A stretch of DNA of 64,000 nt from Eledone cirrhosa (Eukaryota). Positions 1 through 14,900 of this stretch are shown here, piece by piece; position 1 is the stretch's first letter, and each line of letters begins with the position of its first letter. The stretch covers positions 13,082,001 to 13,146,000 of the forward strand of contig OZ024757.1 of assembly GCA_964016885.1 (NCBI GenBank). Direction: 5' to 3'. The translations under genes were made by a program, and so were the position numbers. Under the pieces are notes generated by a model. It made no database searches and was not told the origin of the DNA. It was given only the letters and a program-made list of their open reading frames with translations.

Positions 1-399
1 AAACTTAAACCCCAACCCCAAGCCTTAGACTTAGATTTAAACCTTAACCCCAGGCCTTAGATTTAGTCTTAAATCACAACCAAAAGCCTTAGACAGATTT
101 AATCCCCAACCCCATGCCTTAGACATAGACTTAAACCCCAACCCCAAGCCTTAGTCATAGACTTAAACACAAAGCCCAAGCCTTAGACTTAACTTAAAAC
201 CCAACCACTAGCATTAGGCTTAGACATAGATTTAAACCCCAACACCAAGCTTTAGACTTAAAGCCCAACCCCAAGCCTTAGCCTTAGGCTTAAACACAAA
301 CCCCCAAACCTTACATTTAGATTTAAACCCAAAACCAAAGCCTAGGACATAGACTTAATTCCCAATCCCAACACTTAGATTTAAAGTCCAACCCCAAGC

Positions 400-1950
400 T
401 TTTGACGTAGACTTAAACTTCTACCCAAAGCCTTAGAATTGGACTTAAACCCAAACCGAAGCTTTAGACTTAAACTTAAACCCTGACCCCAAGGCTAGAC
501 TTAGACTTAAACCCCAACCCGAAGCCTTAGACATAGACTTAAACCTCAACCGTAAGCCTTAGACTTAGACTTAAAGCCCAACTCTAGGCCTTAGACATAA
601 ACCATAACCTCAACCCTTAAACTTAGACTTAAAACCCAACCGCAAGGCTTAGACTTATACTTACACCCCAACGCCTAGCCTTAGACGTAAACTTAACCCC
701 AACTCCAAGACTTAGACTTAGACATAAACTCCGACCTCAAGCCTAAGACGTAGACACTAACCCAAAACCAAAGCATTAGACTTAGAATAAAACCCCAATC
801 TCAAGTCTTATACATAGACTTAAACCACAACACCAAGCCTTAGAATTATACCCTAACAACAAGACTTAGTCTTAAAACCTAACCCCAACCCCAAGCCTTA
901 GCACAACTCGTAAACTTAAACTCCAACCCCAAGTCTTAGACATAGACTTAAACCCCAACCACAAGCATTAGACTTAGACTTAAACCCCAACCCCAAGCCT
1001 TAGATTTAGACTTAAACCCCAACATTAAGCCTTAGACTTAGACTTAAACCTCAAGCCATAGACATAGATGTAAACCCCCCAACCCCAAGCCTTAGACTCA
1101 GACTTGAACCCCAACCACAAGTTTTAGACTTAGACTTCAACCCCAAACACAAGCATTAGACTTAGACTTCAACCCCAACCCAAGCCTTAGACTTACACTT
1201 AAACCCCAACTCCAAGTTTTAGAATTAAACATAACCACAAGGCTTAGACATAAAACCCAACCCAAGCCTTATATTTAGACTTACACACCAACTCCTAGCC
1301 TTAGAATTAAACTTAAACTTCAACCGCAAGCCTTTGACTTATACTTAAACCAAAGCCTTAGACTTAGACTTAAACCCCAACACCAAGCCTTAGACTTAAA
1401 CCCCAACCCCAAGCTTTAGAATTAGACTTAAACCGAAACCGAAGCTTTAGAATTAAACTTAAACCCTAACCCCAAGCCTTAGACTTAGACTTAAACCCCA
1501 ACCCGAAGCCTTAGACATAGACTTAAAAATCAACCGTAAGCCTTATACTTAGACATAAAGCCCAACTCCAGGCCTTAGACTTAAACCATAACCCCAACCC
1601 TAAAACTTAGACTTAAACCCAACCGCAAGGCTTAGACTTAGACTTAAACCCCAACCCAAGCCTTAGACTTAGAATTAAAACCCCAACCCCTAGCCTTAGA
1701 CGTAAATCTAACCCCAACTCCAAAACTTAGACTTAGACATATACCCCGACCTCAATCCTAAGACGTAGACACTAACCCCAAACCAAAGCCTTAGACTTAG
1801 AATAAAACCCCAATCCCAAGTCTTATACATAGACTTAAACCACAACACCAAGCCTTAGAATTATACCCTAACAACAATACTTAGTCTTAAAACCTAACCC
1901 CAACCCCAAGCCTTAGCCCAACCCATAAACTTAAACTCCAACCCCAAGCC
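400..1950 (+). repeat. Diverged local duplication: ~400-920 repeated at ~1400-1950
   Basis: Rare markers occur in the same order: CGTAAGCC at 551/1535 (offset 984) and TAGAATTATACCCTAAC at 841/1856 (offset 1015 after one extra monomer). The copies differ by several substitutions. Confidence 0.75.
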
Positions 1951-1959
1951 TTAGACTTA

Positions 1960-4004
1960 AACCCAAACGCCAAGACTTAGACTTAAACCCCAGACCACAA
2001 ACAAATCCTTAGGCTTAGACTTAAATCCAAACCCAATGACTTAGACTTAAACCCCAGACCCAAGTCTTAGACATAGTTTAAAACCCCAACCACAAACCTT
2101 AGACCTAGATATGAACCCCAACTCCTAGCCTTAGACTTAAAGTTAAACCCCAACACCAAGCCTTTGTCTTAGACTTAAACCTCAACCGCAAGCCTTAGAC
2201 TTAGACTTAAACCCCAGCACCAACACTTAGACTTAAACCCCAAGCACAAGCCATAGACTTACACTTAAACCTCTACCCAAAGCCTTTGAATTAGATATAA
2301 ATACCAACACCAGGCCTTATACTTAGACTTAAACCACAACCCAAAGCCTTAGTCATAGACATAATCCCCAACCCAAAGCATTAGACATAGTCTTAAACCT
2401 CAACCCAAAGCTTTAGACTTAGACTTAAACCCCAACCTCTAGAATTAGACTTAGACTTAAACCCCAACTTCAAGCCTCAGAATTAAACCCCAACCCCAAG
2501 CCTTAGACTTTGACTTAAACACCAACTCCTAGCCTTAGACTTAGAATTAAACCCTAACAACAAACCTTAGACTTAAAACCTAACCCCAAGCCTTAGCCCA
2601 AACGTAAACGTAAACCCCAATCCAAAGATTATATTTAGACTTAAACCACAACCCCAAGCCTTAGACATAGACTTAAACCCCGATCCCAAGCCTTAGACGT
2701 AGACTTAAACCCCAACCCCAAGCCTTAGACATAGACTTAAACCCTAACTCCAAGTCTTAGATTTAAACATAACCACAAGGCTTAGACATAAAACCCAACC
2801 CCAAGACTTAGATTTAGACTTAAACACCAACTCCTAGCCTGACATTTAAACTTAAACCTCAACCACAAGCCTTTGACTTAGACTTAAAACCAAGCCTTAG
2901 ACTTAGACTTTAACCCCAACACCAAGCCTTAGACATAAACCCTAACCACAAGCCTTAGATTTAAACCCCATCCCCAAGCTTTAGACTCAGGCTTAAACCC
3001 CAACCCCCAAGCCTTAGACTTAAACCCCAACCCAAAGTCTTAGATTTAGACTTAACCCCAAACCCAAAGCATTAGACTTAGACATAAACCCTAAGGCATA
3101 TACATACATTTAAACCCCAACCTCAAAACTTAGACTTAGACTTAAACCGCAACCCCAAACTTTAGACTTAGACGTAATCCCCAACACCAAGACTTAGAAT
3201 TAAAAAATAACCACCAGCCTTAGACTTAAACCCAAACGCCAAGACTTAGAGTTGGACCACAAATAAATCCTTAGGCTTAGACTTAAATCCAAACCCAATG
3301 ACTTAGACTTAAACCCCAGACCCAAGTCTTAGACATAGTTTAAAACCCCAACCCCAAGCCTTAGACATAGTTTAAAACCCCAACCACAAACCTTAGACCT
3401 AGATATGAACCCCAACTCCTAGCCTTAGACTTAAAGTTAAACCCCAACACCAAGCCTTTGTCTTAGACTTAAACCTCAACCGCAAGCCTTAGACTTAGAC
3501 TTAAACCCCAGCACCAACACTTAGACTTAAACCCCAAGCACAAGCCATAGACTTACACTTAAACCTCTACCCAAAGCCTTTGAATTAGATATAAATACCA
3601 ACACCAGGCCTTATACTTAGACTTAAACCACAACCCAAAGCCTTAGTCATAGACATAATCCCCAACCCAAAGCCTTAGACATAGTCTTAAACCTCAACCC
3701 AAAGCTTTAGACTTAGACTTAAACCCCAACCTCTAGAATTAGACTTAGACTTAAACCCCAACTTCAAGCCTCAGAATTAAACCCCAACCCCAAGCCTTAG
3801 ACTTTGACTTAAACACCAACTCCTAGCCTTAGACTTAGAATTAAACCCTAACAACAAACCTTAGACTTAAAACCTAACCCCAAGCCTTAGCCCAAACGTA
3901 AACGTAAACCCCAATCCAAAGATTATATTTAGACTTAAACCACAACCCCAAGCCTTAGACATAGACTTAAACCCCAATCCCAAGCCTTAGACGTAGACTT
4001 AAAA
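1960..4004 (+). repeat. Near-identical duplication: ~1960-2710 repeated at ~3222-4004
   Basis: AAATCCTTAGGCTTAG is at 2003/3265 (offset 1262). AGACCTAGATATGAAC is at 2101/3395 (offset 1294, i.e. one more 32-bp monomer). CCCAAACGTAAACGTAAAC is present in both copies. Confidence 0.88.
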
Positions 4005-4419
4005 CCCAACCTCAAGCCTTAGACCTAGACGTGAACCCCAACCCCAAGCCTTAGACTTAGACTTAAAATCCAACCACTAGCATTAGACTTAGACTTAAAC
4101 TCCAAGCCATAGACTTAGATTTAAAGGCCAAGCCTTAGACTTAAACTTAAACCTCAATCCAAAGACTTAGACTTAGACTTAAACGCCAAACCCAAGCAGT
4201 AGACTTAGACTTAAACCCCAGCCCCAAGGCTTAGACATAGATTTAAACGCCAAACCCAAGCCTTAGACTTAGACTTGAGCCCCAACTCCTAGCCTTAGAA
4301 TGAAACTTAAACCCCAACCCTAAGCCTTAGACTTAGATTTAAACCTCAACCCCAAGCCTTAGACTTAAATCACAGCCCAAAGCCTTACACGTAGATTTAA
4401 TCCACAACCCCAAGCCTTA

Positions 4420-6270
4420 TACATAGACTTAAACCCCAACCATAAGCCTTAGACTTAGACTTAAATCTAAACCCAAAGCCTTAGAATTAAAATTAAACCC
4501 CAACCCCAAAATTAGATTTAGACTTAATCCCCAACATTAAGCTTTAGACTTAGACTTAAACCCCAAGCCTTAGACATAGATTTAAACCCTAACCACAAGT
4601 CTTAGACTTAGATTTACACCCCAACACCCAGCCTTAGAGTTAGACTTGAAGATCAAGCGCAAGTAATAAACTTAGACTTGAACACCAAGCAGAAGACTTA
4701 GACTTAAACCCCAACCCCAAGCCTTAGACTTAAAAACAACCCCAAGCCTTAATCGTAGACTTAAACCTCTATCCAAAGAATTAGACTTAAACCCCAAACC
4801 GAAGCTTTAGACTTAAACTTAAACCTTAACCCCAAGCCTTAGATTTAGATTTAAACCCCAACCCCAAGCCTCAGACATAGACTTGAACCTCAACCTAAAG
4901 CCTTAGACTTAGACTTAAACCCCAACCACTAGCATTAGACTTAGACATAAACTCCAAGCCATTGACATAGATTTAAACCCCAACTTCAAGTCTTAGTCTT
5001 AGAGTTAAACCCCAGCTTCAAGCCGTAGACTTAGACTTAGTCCCCAACCCCAATCCTTGAACGTAAACTTAAACCACAAGTCCAAGACTTAGACTTAAAC
5101 CACAACATTAAGCCTTAGACGTAGACACTAACCACAAACCAGAGTCTTACATTTACAATTAAACCCAAACACCAAGCTTTATACATAGACTTAAACCACA
5201 ATCCCAAGCCTTAGAATTAAACCCACACAACAAGCCTTAGACTTAAAACCTAAACCCATACCTTAGCCCAACCCGTAAACTTAAACCCCAACCCAAAGAT
5301 TAGATTTAGACTTAAACCACAACCCCAAGCCTTAGACATAGACTTAAACCCCAACCATAAGCCTTAGACTTAGACTTAAATCTAAACCCAAAGCCTTAGA
5401 ATTAAAATTAAACCCCAACCCAAAAATTAGATTTAGACTTAATCCCCAACATTAAGCTTTAGACTTAGACTTAAACCCCAAGCCTTAGACATAGATTTAA
5501 ACCCCAACCACAAGTCTTAGACTTAGATTTACACCCCAACACCCAGCCTTAGAGTTAGACTTGAAGATCAAGCGCAAGTAATAAACTTAGACTTGAACAC
5601 CAACCACAAGCAGAAGACTTAGACTTAAACCCCAACCCCAAGCCTTAGACTTAAAAACAACCCCAAGCCTTAATCGTAGACTTAAACCTCTATCCAAAGA
5701 ATTAGACTTAAACCTCAAACCGAAGCTTTAGACTTAAACTTAAACCCTAACCCCAAGCCTTAGATTTAGATTTAAACCCCAACCCCAAGCCTCAGACATA
5801 GACTTGAACCTCAACCTAAAGCCTTAGACTTAGACTTAAACCCCAACCACTAGCATTAGACTTAGACATAAACTCCAAGCCATTGACATAGATTTAAACC
5901 CCAACTTCAAGTCTTAGTCTTAGAGTTAAACCCCAGCTTCAAGCCGTAGATTTAGACTTAGTCCCCAACCCCAATCCTTGAACGTAAACTTAAACCACAA
6001 GTCCAAGACTTAGACTTAAACCACAACATTAAGCCTTAGACGTAGACACTAACCACAAACCAGAGTCTTACATTTACAATTAAACCCAAACACCAAGCTT
6101 TATACATAGACTTAAACCACAATCCCAAGCCTTAGAATTAAACCCACACAACAAGCCTTAGACTTAAAACCTAAACCCATACCTTAGCCCAACCCGTAAA
6201 CTTAAACCCCAACCCAAAGATTAGATTTAGACTTAAACCACAACCCCAAGCCTTAGACATAGACTTAAAC
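4420..6270 (+). repeat. Tandem duplication, unit ~915-921 bp
   Basis: CATAAGCCTT...AAATCTAAA is at 4441/5356 and GATCAAGCGCAAGTAATAAAC at 4651/5566 (both offset 915). A 6-bp insertion near 5601 shifts the offset to 921. Confidence 0.92.
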
Positions 6271-9200
6271 CCCAATCCCAAGCCTTAGACGTAAACTTAA
6301 AACCCAACCTCAAGCCTTAGATCTATCTAGACGTGAACCCCAACCCCAAGCCTGAGACTTAGACTTAAAACCCAACCACTAGCATTAGACTTAGACTTAA
6401 ACTCCAAGCCATAGACTTAGATTTAAAGGCCAACCTCAAGATTTAGACTTAGACTTAAACCCCAGCTCCAAGCCTTAGACTTAAACTTAAACCTCAATCC
6501 AAAGCCTTAGACTTAGACTTAAACGCCAAACCCAAGCAGTAGACTTAGACTTGAGCCCCAACTCCTAGCCTTAGAATTAAACTTAAACCCCAACCCTAAG
6601 CCTTAGACTTAGATTTAAACCTCAACCCCAGGCCTTAGACTTAGACTTAAATCACAGCCCAAAGCCTTACACGTAGATTTAATCCACAACACCAAGCCTT
6701 AGAGATAAACTTAAACCCAAACCCCAAGCCTTAGACATAGATTTAAACCCCAAGCCCAAGCCTTAGACTTAACTTAAAACCCAACCACTAGCATTAGACT
6801 TAGATTTAAACCCCAACACCAAGCCTTAGAATTAAACCCTAACCCCAAGCCTTAGCCTTAAACCCCAACCCCAAACCTTTCACTTAGGCTTAAACACAAA
6901 CCCCCAAGCCTTACATTTAGATTTAAACCCAAAACCAAAGCCTTAGTCATAGACTTAAATCACAACACCAAGTCTTAGAATTAAACCCTAACAACAAGAC
7001 TTAGTCTTAAAATCGAACCCCAACACCACGCCTTAGCCCAATCCGTAAACTTAAACCCCAACACCAAGCCTTAGATTTAGGCTTAAACTCCAACCCCAAG
7101 ACTTAGACAAGACTTAGACGCAAACCACAAGCATTAGACTTAGACTTAAACACCACCACCATGCTTTAGATTTAGACTTAAACTCCAACCCAAAGCTTTA
7201 GATTTAGGCTTAAACCCCAACCCCAAGCCTTAGAATTAAATCCCAACCCAAAGACTTAGACTTAGACTTAACCCCAAACCCAAAGCTTTAGACTTAGACA
7301 TAAACCCCAAGCCATAGACATATACTTAAACCCCAACCACTAGCCTTAGACGTAAACTTAAACCCGAACCCCAAGCCTTTGACTTAGACTTAAACCCAAG
7401 CCTTAGAATTAGACTTAAACCCCAACACCAAGCCTTAGACATAAACCCTTTACCCAAGCCTTAGACTTAAACCCAACCCCAAGCTTTAGACTTAGGCTTA
7501 AACCCTCAACACCAAGCCTCTGACTTAGACTTAAACCCAAGCCTTACACTTAGACATAAACCCTAACCCCAAGCCTTAGACTTAAACCCCAACCCAAAAT
7601 CTTAGACATAGACTTAACACCAAACCCATAGTCTTAGACTTAGACATAAACCCAAGCCATAGATATAGATTTAAACCTCAACCCAAAGACTTAGACTTAC
7701 AGTTAAACCCCAACCCCAAGCCTTAGACTTAGACTTAAGCCCAACTCCAGGCCTTAGAATTAAACCCTAACCCCAAGTCTTAGAATTAGAGTTAAACCCC
7801 AACCCCAAGCCTTAGACGTAGATTTACACCCACAACCCCTAGCCTTAGACAGAAACTTAAACCCCAACACCAAGCCTTAGATTTAGGCTGAAAATCCAAA
7901 CCCAACCCTTACACAAATAGCCTTAAACCCCAACCACAAGCATTAGACTTAGATGTAAACACCAACCCCAAACCTTAGATGTAGATTTAAACCACAAAAT
8001 TAAGCCTTAGACTTAGACTTAAACCCCAAGCCATAGACATAGTTTTAAACCCTAACCCCAAGCCTTAGACTTAGACTTGAACCCCAACCCCAAGTCTTAG
8101 ACTTAGACTTAAACCTCAACCATTAGCCTTAGACGTAAACTTAAAACCCAACCCCAAACCTTTGACTTAGACTTAAACCCAAGCCTTAAAATTAGACTTA
8201 AACCCCAACATCAAGCCTTAGACATAAAGCCCAACTCCAGGCCTTATACTTAAACCCTATATAAGTATAAACCCTTATACTTAATCCCAAGGCTTAGTCT
8301 TAGACTTACACCCCAACCCCTAGCCTTAGACGTAAACACCAACAACACTTATTCTTAAAACGGAACCCCAACCCCAAGCCTTAGTCTAACCCGTAAACTT
8401 AAACCCCAACCCCATACCTTAGATTTAGGCTTAAAATGAAACCCCAAGCCTTAGACAAGAATTAAACCCGAACCACAAGCATTAGACTTAGACTTAAAAC
8501 CCAACACCATGTCTTAGATTTAGATTTAAACTCTAAGCCAAAGCCTTAGACATAGACTTAAACCCAACCCCAAGCTTTAGACATCGACATAAACCCCAAC
8601 CACAAGCATTAGACTTAGACTTAAACCCCAAGCCTGAGACTTACACTTAAACCCCAACAGTAACCCTTAGACTTAGACTTAAAACACAAGCCATAGACAT
8701 AGATATAAACCCCAACCCCAAGCTTTAGAATTAGACTTAAAGCCCAACCACTAGCCTTAGACGTAAACTTAAACCCCAACCCCAAGCCTTAGACTTAGAC
8801 TTAGACTTAAACCCCACACCAAGCCTTAGACACAAACCCTAACCCCAAGTCTTAGACATAAACCCCAACCTCAAGCTTTAGACTTAGGCTTAAACCCCAA
8901 CACCCAAGCCTTAGACATAAACCCCAACCCAAAGTCTTAGACAAGCACAAGCATTAGACATCGACATAAACCCCAACCACAAGCATTAGACTTAGACTTA
9001 AACTTCAACCCCAAGTTTAGACTTAGACTTAAAACCCAACATTAAGTCTAGACTTAAAATTAAACCCCAAGCCATAGACATAGATTTAAACCCTAACCCC
9101 AAGCCTTAGATTTAGACTTGAACCCCAACCCCAAGTCTTAGACTTAGACTTAAACCCAAGCCTTAGACATAGACTTAAACCCCAACTCCAAGCCTTAGAA

Positions 9201-10899
9201 TTAAACCTTAACCACAAGGCTTAGACATAAACCCCAACACCAAACCTTAGACTTAGATTTAAACACCAACTCCTAGCCTTAGACTTAAACTTAAAACCCA
9301 ACCCCTAGCCTTTGACTTAGATTTAAACCCAAGCCTTAGACTTAGACTTCAACCCCAATACCAAGCCTTAAACTTAAACACCAAACCCAAGCTTTAGACT
9401 TAGGCTTAAACGCCAACCCCCAAGCCTTAGACTTAAACCCCAATCCAAAGTCTTAGACTTAGACTTAACCCCAAACCCAAAGACTTAGACTTAGACATAA
9501 AGCACAAGCCATAGTCATAGATTTAAACCCCAACCCCAAGAGTTAGACATACACTTAAACCTCAACCCAAAGCCTTAGACTTAGACTTAAACCCCAACCG
9601 CAAGCCTTAGACATAGACATAAACCCCAAGCCGAAGGCTTAGTATTAACTTAAAACCCAACCACTAGCATTAGACTTAGATTTAAACCCAAACACCAAGC
9701 CTTAGACTTAAACACAAACCCCAAGCTTTACATTTAGATTTAAAGCCCAAACCAAAGCCATAGACATAGAATTAATTCCCTACCCCAACACTTAGACTTA
9801 AAGACCAACCCCAAGTCTTAGACGTAGACTCAAACCTCTACCCGAAGCCTTAGACTTAGACTTAAACCCCAAACCAAAGCCTTAGATATAGAATTAAATT
9901 TCAACCCAAAGCCTTAGAGTTAGACTTAAACCCCAACCCCAAGCCTTAGACTTAGACTTACACCACAACATCAAAACTTAGACTTAGACTTAAACCCCAA
10001 CCCCAAGTTTAGACTTCGACATTAAACCCAAACCACAAGACTTAAACCCCAAACCAAGCCTAAGACTTAGACTTAAAACCCAACCAGTAGCATTAGACTT
10101 AGACATAAAGTCCACGCCATAGACATAGATTTAAACCCCACCCACAAGACTTAGACTTAGACTTAAATCCCAGCTCAAAGCCTTAGACTTAGACTTATAC
10201 CCGAACCCCAAGACTTAGACTTAGACTTAAACCCCAAACCCAAGCTTTTGACTTAGACTTAAACCCAACCCCAAGCCTTAGACATACACTTAAACCTCAA
10301 CACAAAGCCTTTGACTTAGACTTACACCCAAACTCCAAAGCTTAGATTTAGACATAAACCCCAACCCCAAGTTTAGACTGTGATATAAAACCCAAGCACA
10401 CGACTTCAACCCCAACCCCAAGCCTTAGACTTAGACTTAAACCCCTACCTCTAGCATTAGACTTAGTCTTGAACCCCAACTCCAAGCCTCAGAATTAAAC
10501 CATAACCACAAGCCTTAGACATAAACCCCATCCCCAAGCCTTAGACTTAGACTTAAAAACCAACTCCTAGCCTTAGATCTAGATTTAAATACCAGCCCTA
10601 GAACTTAGATTTAGACTTAAACCACAACCCAAAGCCTTAGTCATAGACATAATCCCCAACACCAAGCCTTAGACTTAGACTTAAAGCCCAACACCAAGCC
10701 TTAGACTTAGACTTAAACCCGAACCCCAAGCCTTAGAATTAGACTTAAACCCCAAACCGTAGCTTTAGACTTAAACTGAAACCCTAATTCGAAGCCTTAG
10801 ACTTACACTTAAACACAAACTCCAAGCCTTAGACATAGTCTTCAACTTCAACCCAAAGCCTTAGAGTTAGACTTAAACCCCAACCCCAAGCCTTAGACT

Positions 10900-11985
10900 T
10901 AGACTTAAAGCCCAACTCCAGGCCTTAGACTTAAACCCTAAACCCCAACCCTTAAACTTAGATTTAAACCCCAACCCCAAGGCTTAGACTTAGACTTAAA
11001 CCCCAACCCCTAGCCTTAGACGTAAACTTAAACCCCAACTCCAAGACCTAGACTTAGAATTAAACCCCAACCCCAAGCCTTATGCATAGACTTAAACCAC
11101 AACACCAAGCCTTAGAATTAAACACCAACAAGACATATTCCCAACTCCAAGACTTAGACTTAGAATTAAACCGCAACCCCAAGACTTATGCATAGATTTA
11201 AACCAAAACACCAAGCCTTAGAATTAAACTCTAACAAAAAAACTTAATCTTAAAACCGAACCCCAACCCAAGCTTTAGCCCAACCCGTAAACTTAAACCC
11301 CAACCCCAAGCCTTAGATTTAGGATTAAACTCCAACCCTTAGACGAGACTTAAACCCCAACCCCACCCAAGTTTAGACTTCGACATAAACCCCAACCACA
11401 AGCATTAGACTTAGACTTAAACCACAACCCCAAGCCTTAGGCTTAGACTTAAAGCCCAACTCCAGGCCTTAGACTTAAACCCTAAACCCCAACCCTTAAA
11501 CTTAGATTTAAACCCCAACCCCAAGGCTTAGACTTAGACTTAAACCCCAACCCCTAGCCTTAGACGTAAACTTAAACCCCAACTCCAAGACCTAGACTTA
11601 GAATTAAACCCCAACCCCAAGCCTTATGCATAGACTTAAACCACAACACCAAGCCTTAGAATTAAACACCAACAAGACATATTCCCAACTCCAAGACTTA
11701 GACTTAGAATTAAACCCCAACCCCAAGACTTATGCATAGATTTAAACCAAAACACCAAGCCTTAGAATTAAACTCTAACAAAAAAACTTAATCTTAAAAC
11801 CGAACCCCAACCCAAGCTTTAGCCCAACCCGTAAACTTAAACCCCAACCCCAAGCCTTAGATTTAGGATCAAACTCCAACCCTTAGACGAGACTTAAACC
11901 CCAACCCCAAGTTTAGACTTCGACATAAACCCCAACCACAAGCATTAGACTTAGACTTAAACCACAACCCCAAGCCTTAGGCTTA
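10900..11985 (+). repeat. Tandem duplication, unit 544 bp
   Basis: AGACATATTCCCAACTCC is at 11131/11675, with collinear flanking variants. Confidence 0.9.
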
Positions 11986-14900
11986 GACTTAAACCCCAAC
12001 ATTAAGCCTTAGACTTAGACTTAAACCACAAGCCATAGACATAGTTCTAAACTCCAAACCCAAGCCTTAGACTTAGACTTGAACCCCAAACCCATGTCTT
12101 AGACATAGACTTAAACCCAAGCCTTAGAATTAGACCTAAACACCAACACCAAGCCTTAGACATAAACCCTTTACCCAAGCCTTAGACTTAAACCCCAACC
12201 TCAAGCTTTAGACTTAGGCTTAAACCCCAGCTCCAAGCCTTAGAATTAGACCATAAGCATAAGGCTTAGACATAAACACCAACCCCAAGTCTTAGACTTA
12301 GACTTAAACACCAACTTCTAGCCTTACACTTAAACTTAAACCCCAACCCCTAGCCTTTGACTTAGACTTAAACCCAAGCCTTAGACTTAGACTTAAAACC
12401 CAACAGCACCCTTAGACATAAACCCTAACCCCAAGCCTTAGACTTAGACTTAACCCCAAACACAAAGCCTTAGACTTAGACATAAACCCGAAGCCATAGA
12501 CATAGATTTAAACCTCAACACAAAGCCTTAGACTTAGACTTAAACCCCAACCCCAAGCCTTAGACATAGACTTAAACCAAAACCCAAGGCTTAGACTTAA
12601 CTTAAAACCCAACCACTAGCATTAGACTTAGGTTTAAACACAAACCCCTATGTCTTACATTTAGATTTAAGCCCCAAACCAAAGACTTAGACATAGACTT
12701 AATTCCCAACCCCAAGCCTTAGACGTAGACTTAAACCTCTACCCAAAGCCTTAGAATTAGACTTAAACCCCAACCCGAAGCTTTAGTCTTAAACTTAAAC
12801 CCTATCCCGAAGCCTTAGACTTAGACTTAACCCCAACCCCAAGCCTTAGACATAGACTTAAACTTTAACCCAAATCCTTAGAGTTAGACTTAAACCCCAA
12901 CCCCAAGCCTTAGACTAAGACTTAAAGCCCAACTCCAGGCCGTAGACTTAAACCCTAACCCCAAGCCTTAGACTTAGAATTACACCCCAAAGCCTAGCCT
13001 TAGTCATAAACTTAAACCTCAACACCAAGCCTTAGATTTAGGCTTAAAATCCAACCCCAATCCTTAGACAAGACTTAAACCCAAACTACAAGCATTAGAC
13101 TTAGACTTAAACCCCAACTACAAGCATTAGACTTAGTCTTAAACCCCAACTCCAAGCCTCAGAATTAAACCATAACCACAAGCCTTAGACATAAACCCCA
13201 TCCCCAAGCCTTAGTCTTTGACTTAAACACCAACTCCTAGCCTTAGACTTAGATTTAAATACCAGCCCTAGACCTTAGACTTAGACTTAAACCATAACCC
13301 AAAGCCTTAGTCATAGACATAATCCCCAACACCAAGCCTTAGACTTAGACTTAAAGCCCAACACCAAGCCTTAGACTTAGACTTAAACCCGAACCCAAGC
13401 CTTAGAATTAGACTTAAACCCCAAACCGTAGCTTTAGACTTAAACTGAAACCCTAATTCGAAGCCTTAGACTTACACTTAAACACAAACTACAAGCCTTA
13501 GACATAGTCTTCAACTTCAACCCAAAGCCTTAGAGTTAGACTTAAACCCCAACCCCAAGCCTTAGACTTAGACTTAAAGCCCAACTCCAGGCCTTAGACT
13601 TAAACCCTAAACCCCAACCCTTAAACTTAGATTTAAACCCCAACCCCAAGGCTTAGACTTAGACTTAAACCCCAACGCCTAGCCTTAGACGTAAACTTAA
13701 ACCCCAACTCCAAGACCTAGACTTAGAATTAAACCCCAACCCCAAGCCTTATGCATAGACTTAAACCACAACACCAAGCCTTAGAATTAAACACCAACAA
13801 GACATATTCCCAACTCCAAGACTTAGACTTAGAATTAAACCGCAACCCCAAGACTTATGCATAGATTTAAACCAAAACACCAAGCCTTAGAATTAAACTC
13901 TAACAAAAAAACTTAATCTTAAAACCGAACCCCAACCCAAGCTTTAGCCCAACCCGTAAACTTAAACCCCAACCCCAAGCCTTAGATTTAGGATTAAACT
14001 CCAACCCTTAGACGAGACTTAAACCCCAACCCCAAGTTTAGACTTCGACATAAACCCCAACCACAAGCATTAGACTTAGACTTAAACCACAACCCCAAGC
14101 CTTAGGCTTAGACTTAAACCCCAACATTAAGCCTTAGACTTAGACTTAAACCACAAGCCATAGACATAGTTCTAAACTCCAAACCCAAGCCTTAGACTTA
14201 GACTTGAACCCCAAACCCATGTCTTAGACATAGACTTAAACCCAAGCCTTAGAATTAGACCTAAACACCAACACCAAGCCTTAGACATAAACCCTTTACC
14301 CAAGCCTTAGACTTAAACCCCAACCTCAAGCTTTAGACTTAGGCTTAAACCCCAGCTCCAAGCCTTAGAATTAGACCATAAGCATAAGGCTTAGACATAA
14401 ACACCAACCCCAAGTCTTAGACTTAGACTTAAACACCAACTTCTAGCCTTACACTTAAACTTAAACCCCAACCCCTAGCCTTTGACTTAGACTTAAACCC
14501 AAGCCTTAGACTTAGACTTAAAACCCAACAGCACCCTTAGACATAAACCCTAACCCCAAGCCTTAGACTTAGACTTAACCCCAAACACAAAGCCTTAGAC
14601 TTAGACATAAACCCGAAGCCATAGACATAGATTTAAACCTCAACACAAAGCCTTAGACTTAGACTTAAACCCCAACCCCAAGCCTTAGACATAGACTTAA
14701 ACCAAAACCCAAGGCTTAGACTTAACTTAAAACCCAACCACTAGCATTAGACTTAGGTTTAAACACAAACCCCTATGTCTTACATTTAGATTTAAGCCCC
14801 AAACCAAAGACTTAGACATAGACTTAATTCCCAACCCCAAGCCTTAGACGTAGACTTAAACCTCTACCCAAAGCCTTAAAATTAGACTTAAACCCCAACC

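Noticed and set aside
8255-8285. Odd AT-rich patch CCCTATATAAGTATAAACCCTTATAC resembling a TATA box
   Set aside because: It is a single local aberration containing a short inverted copy (AAGTATAA vs TTATACTT), probably a small fold-back mutation. Nothing downstream suggests a transcription unit.
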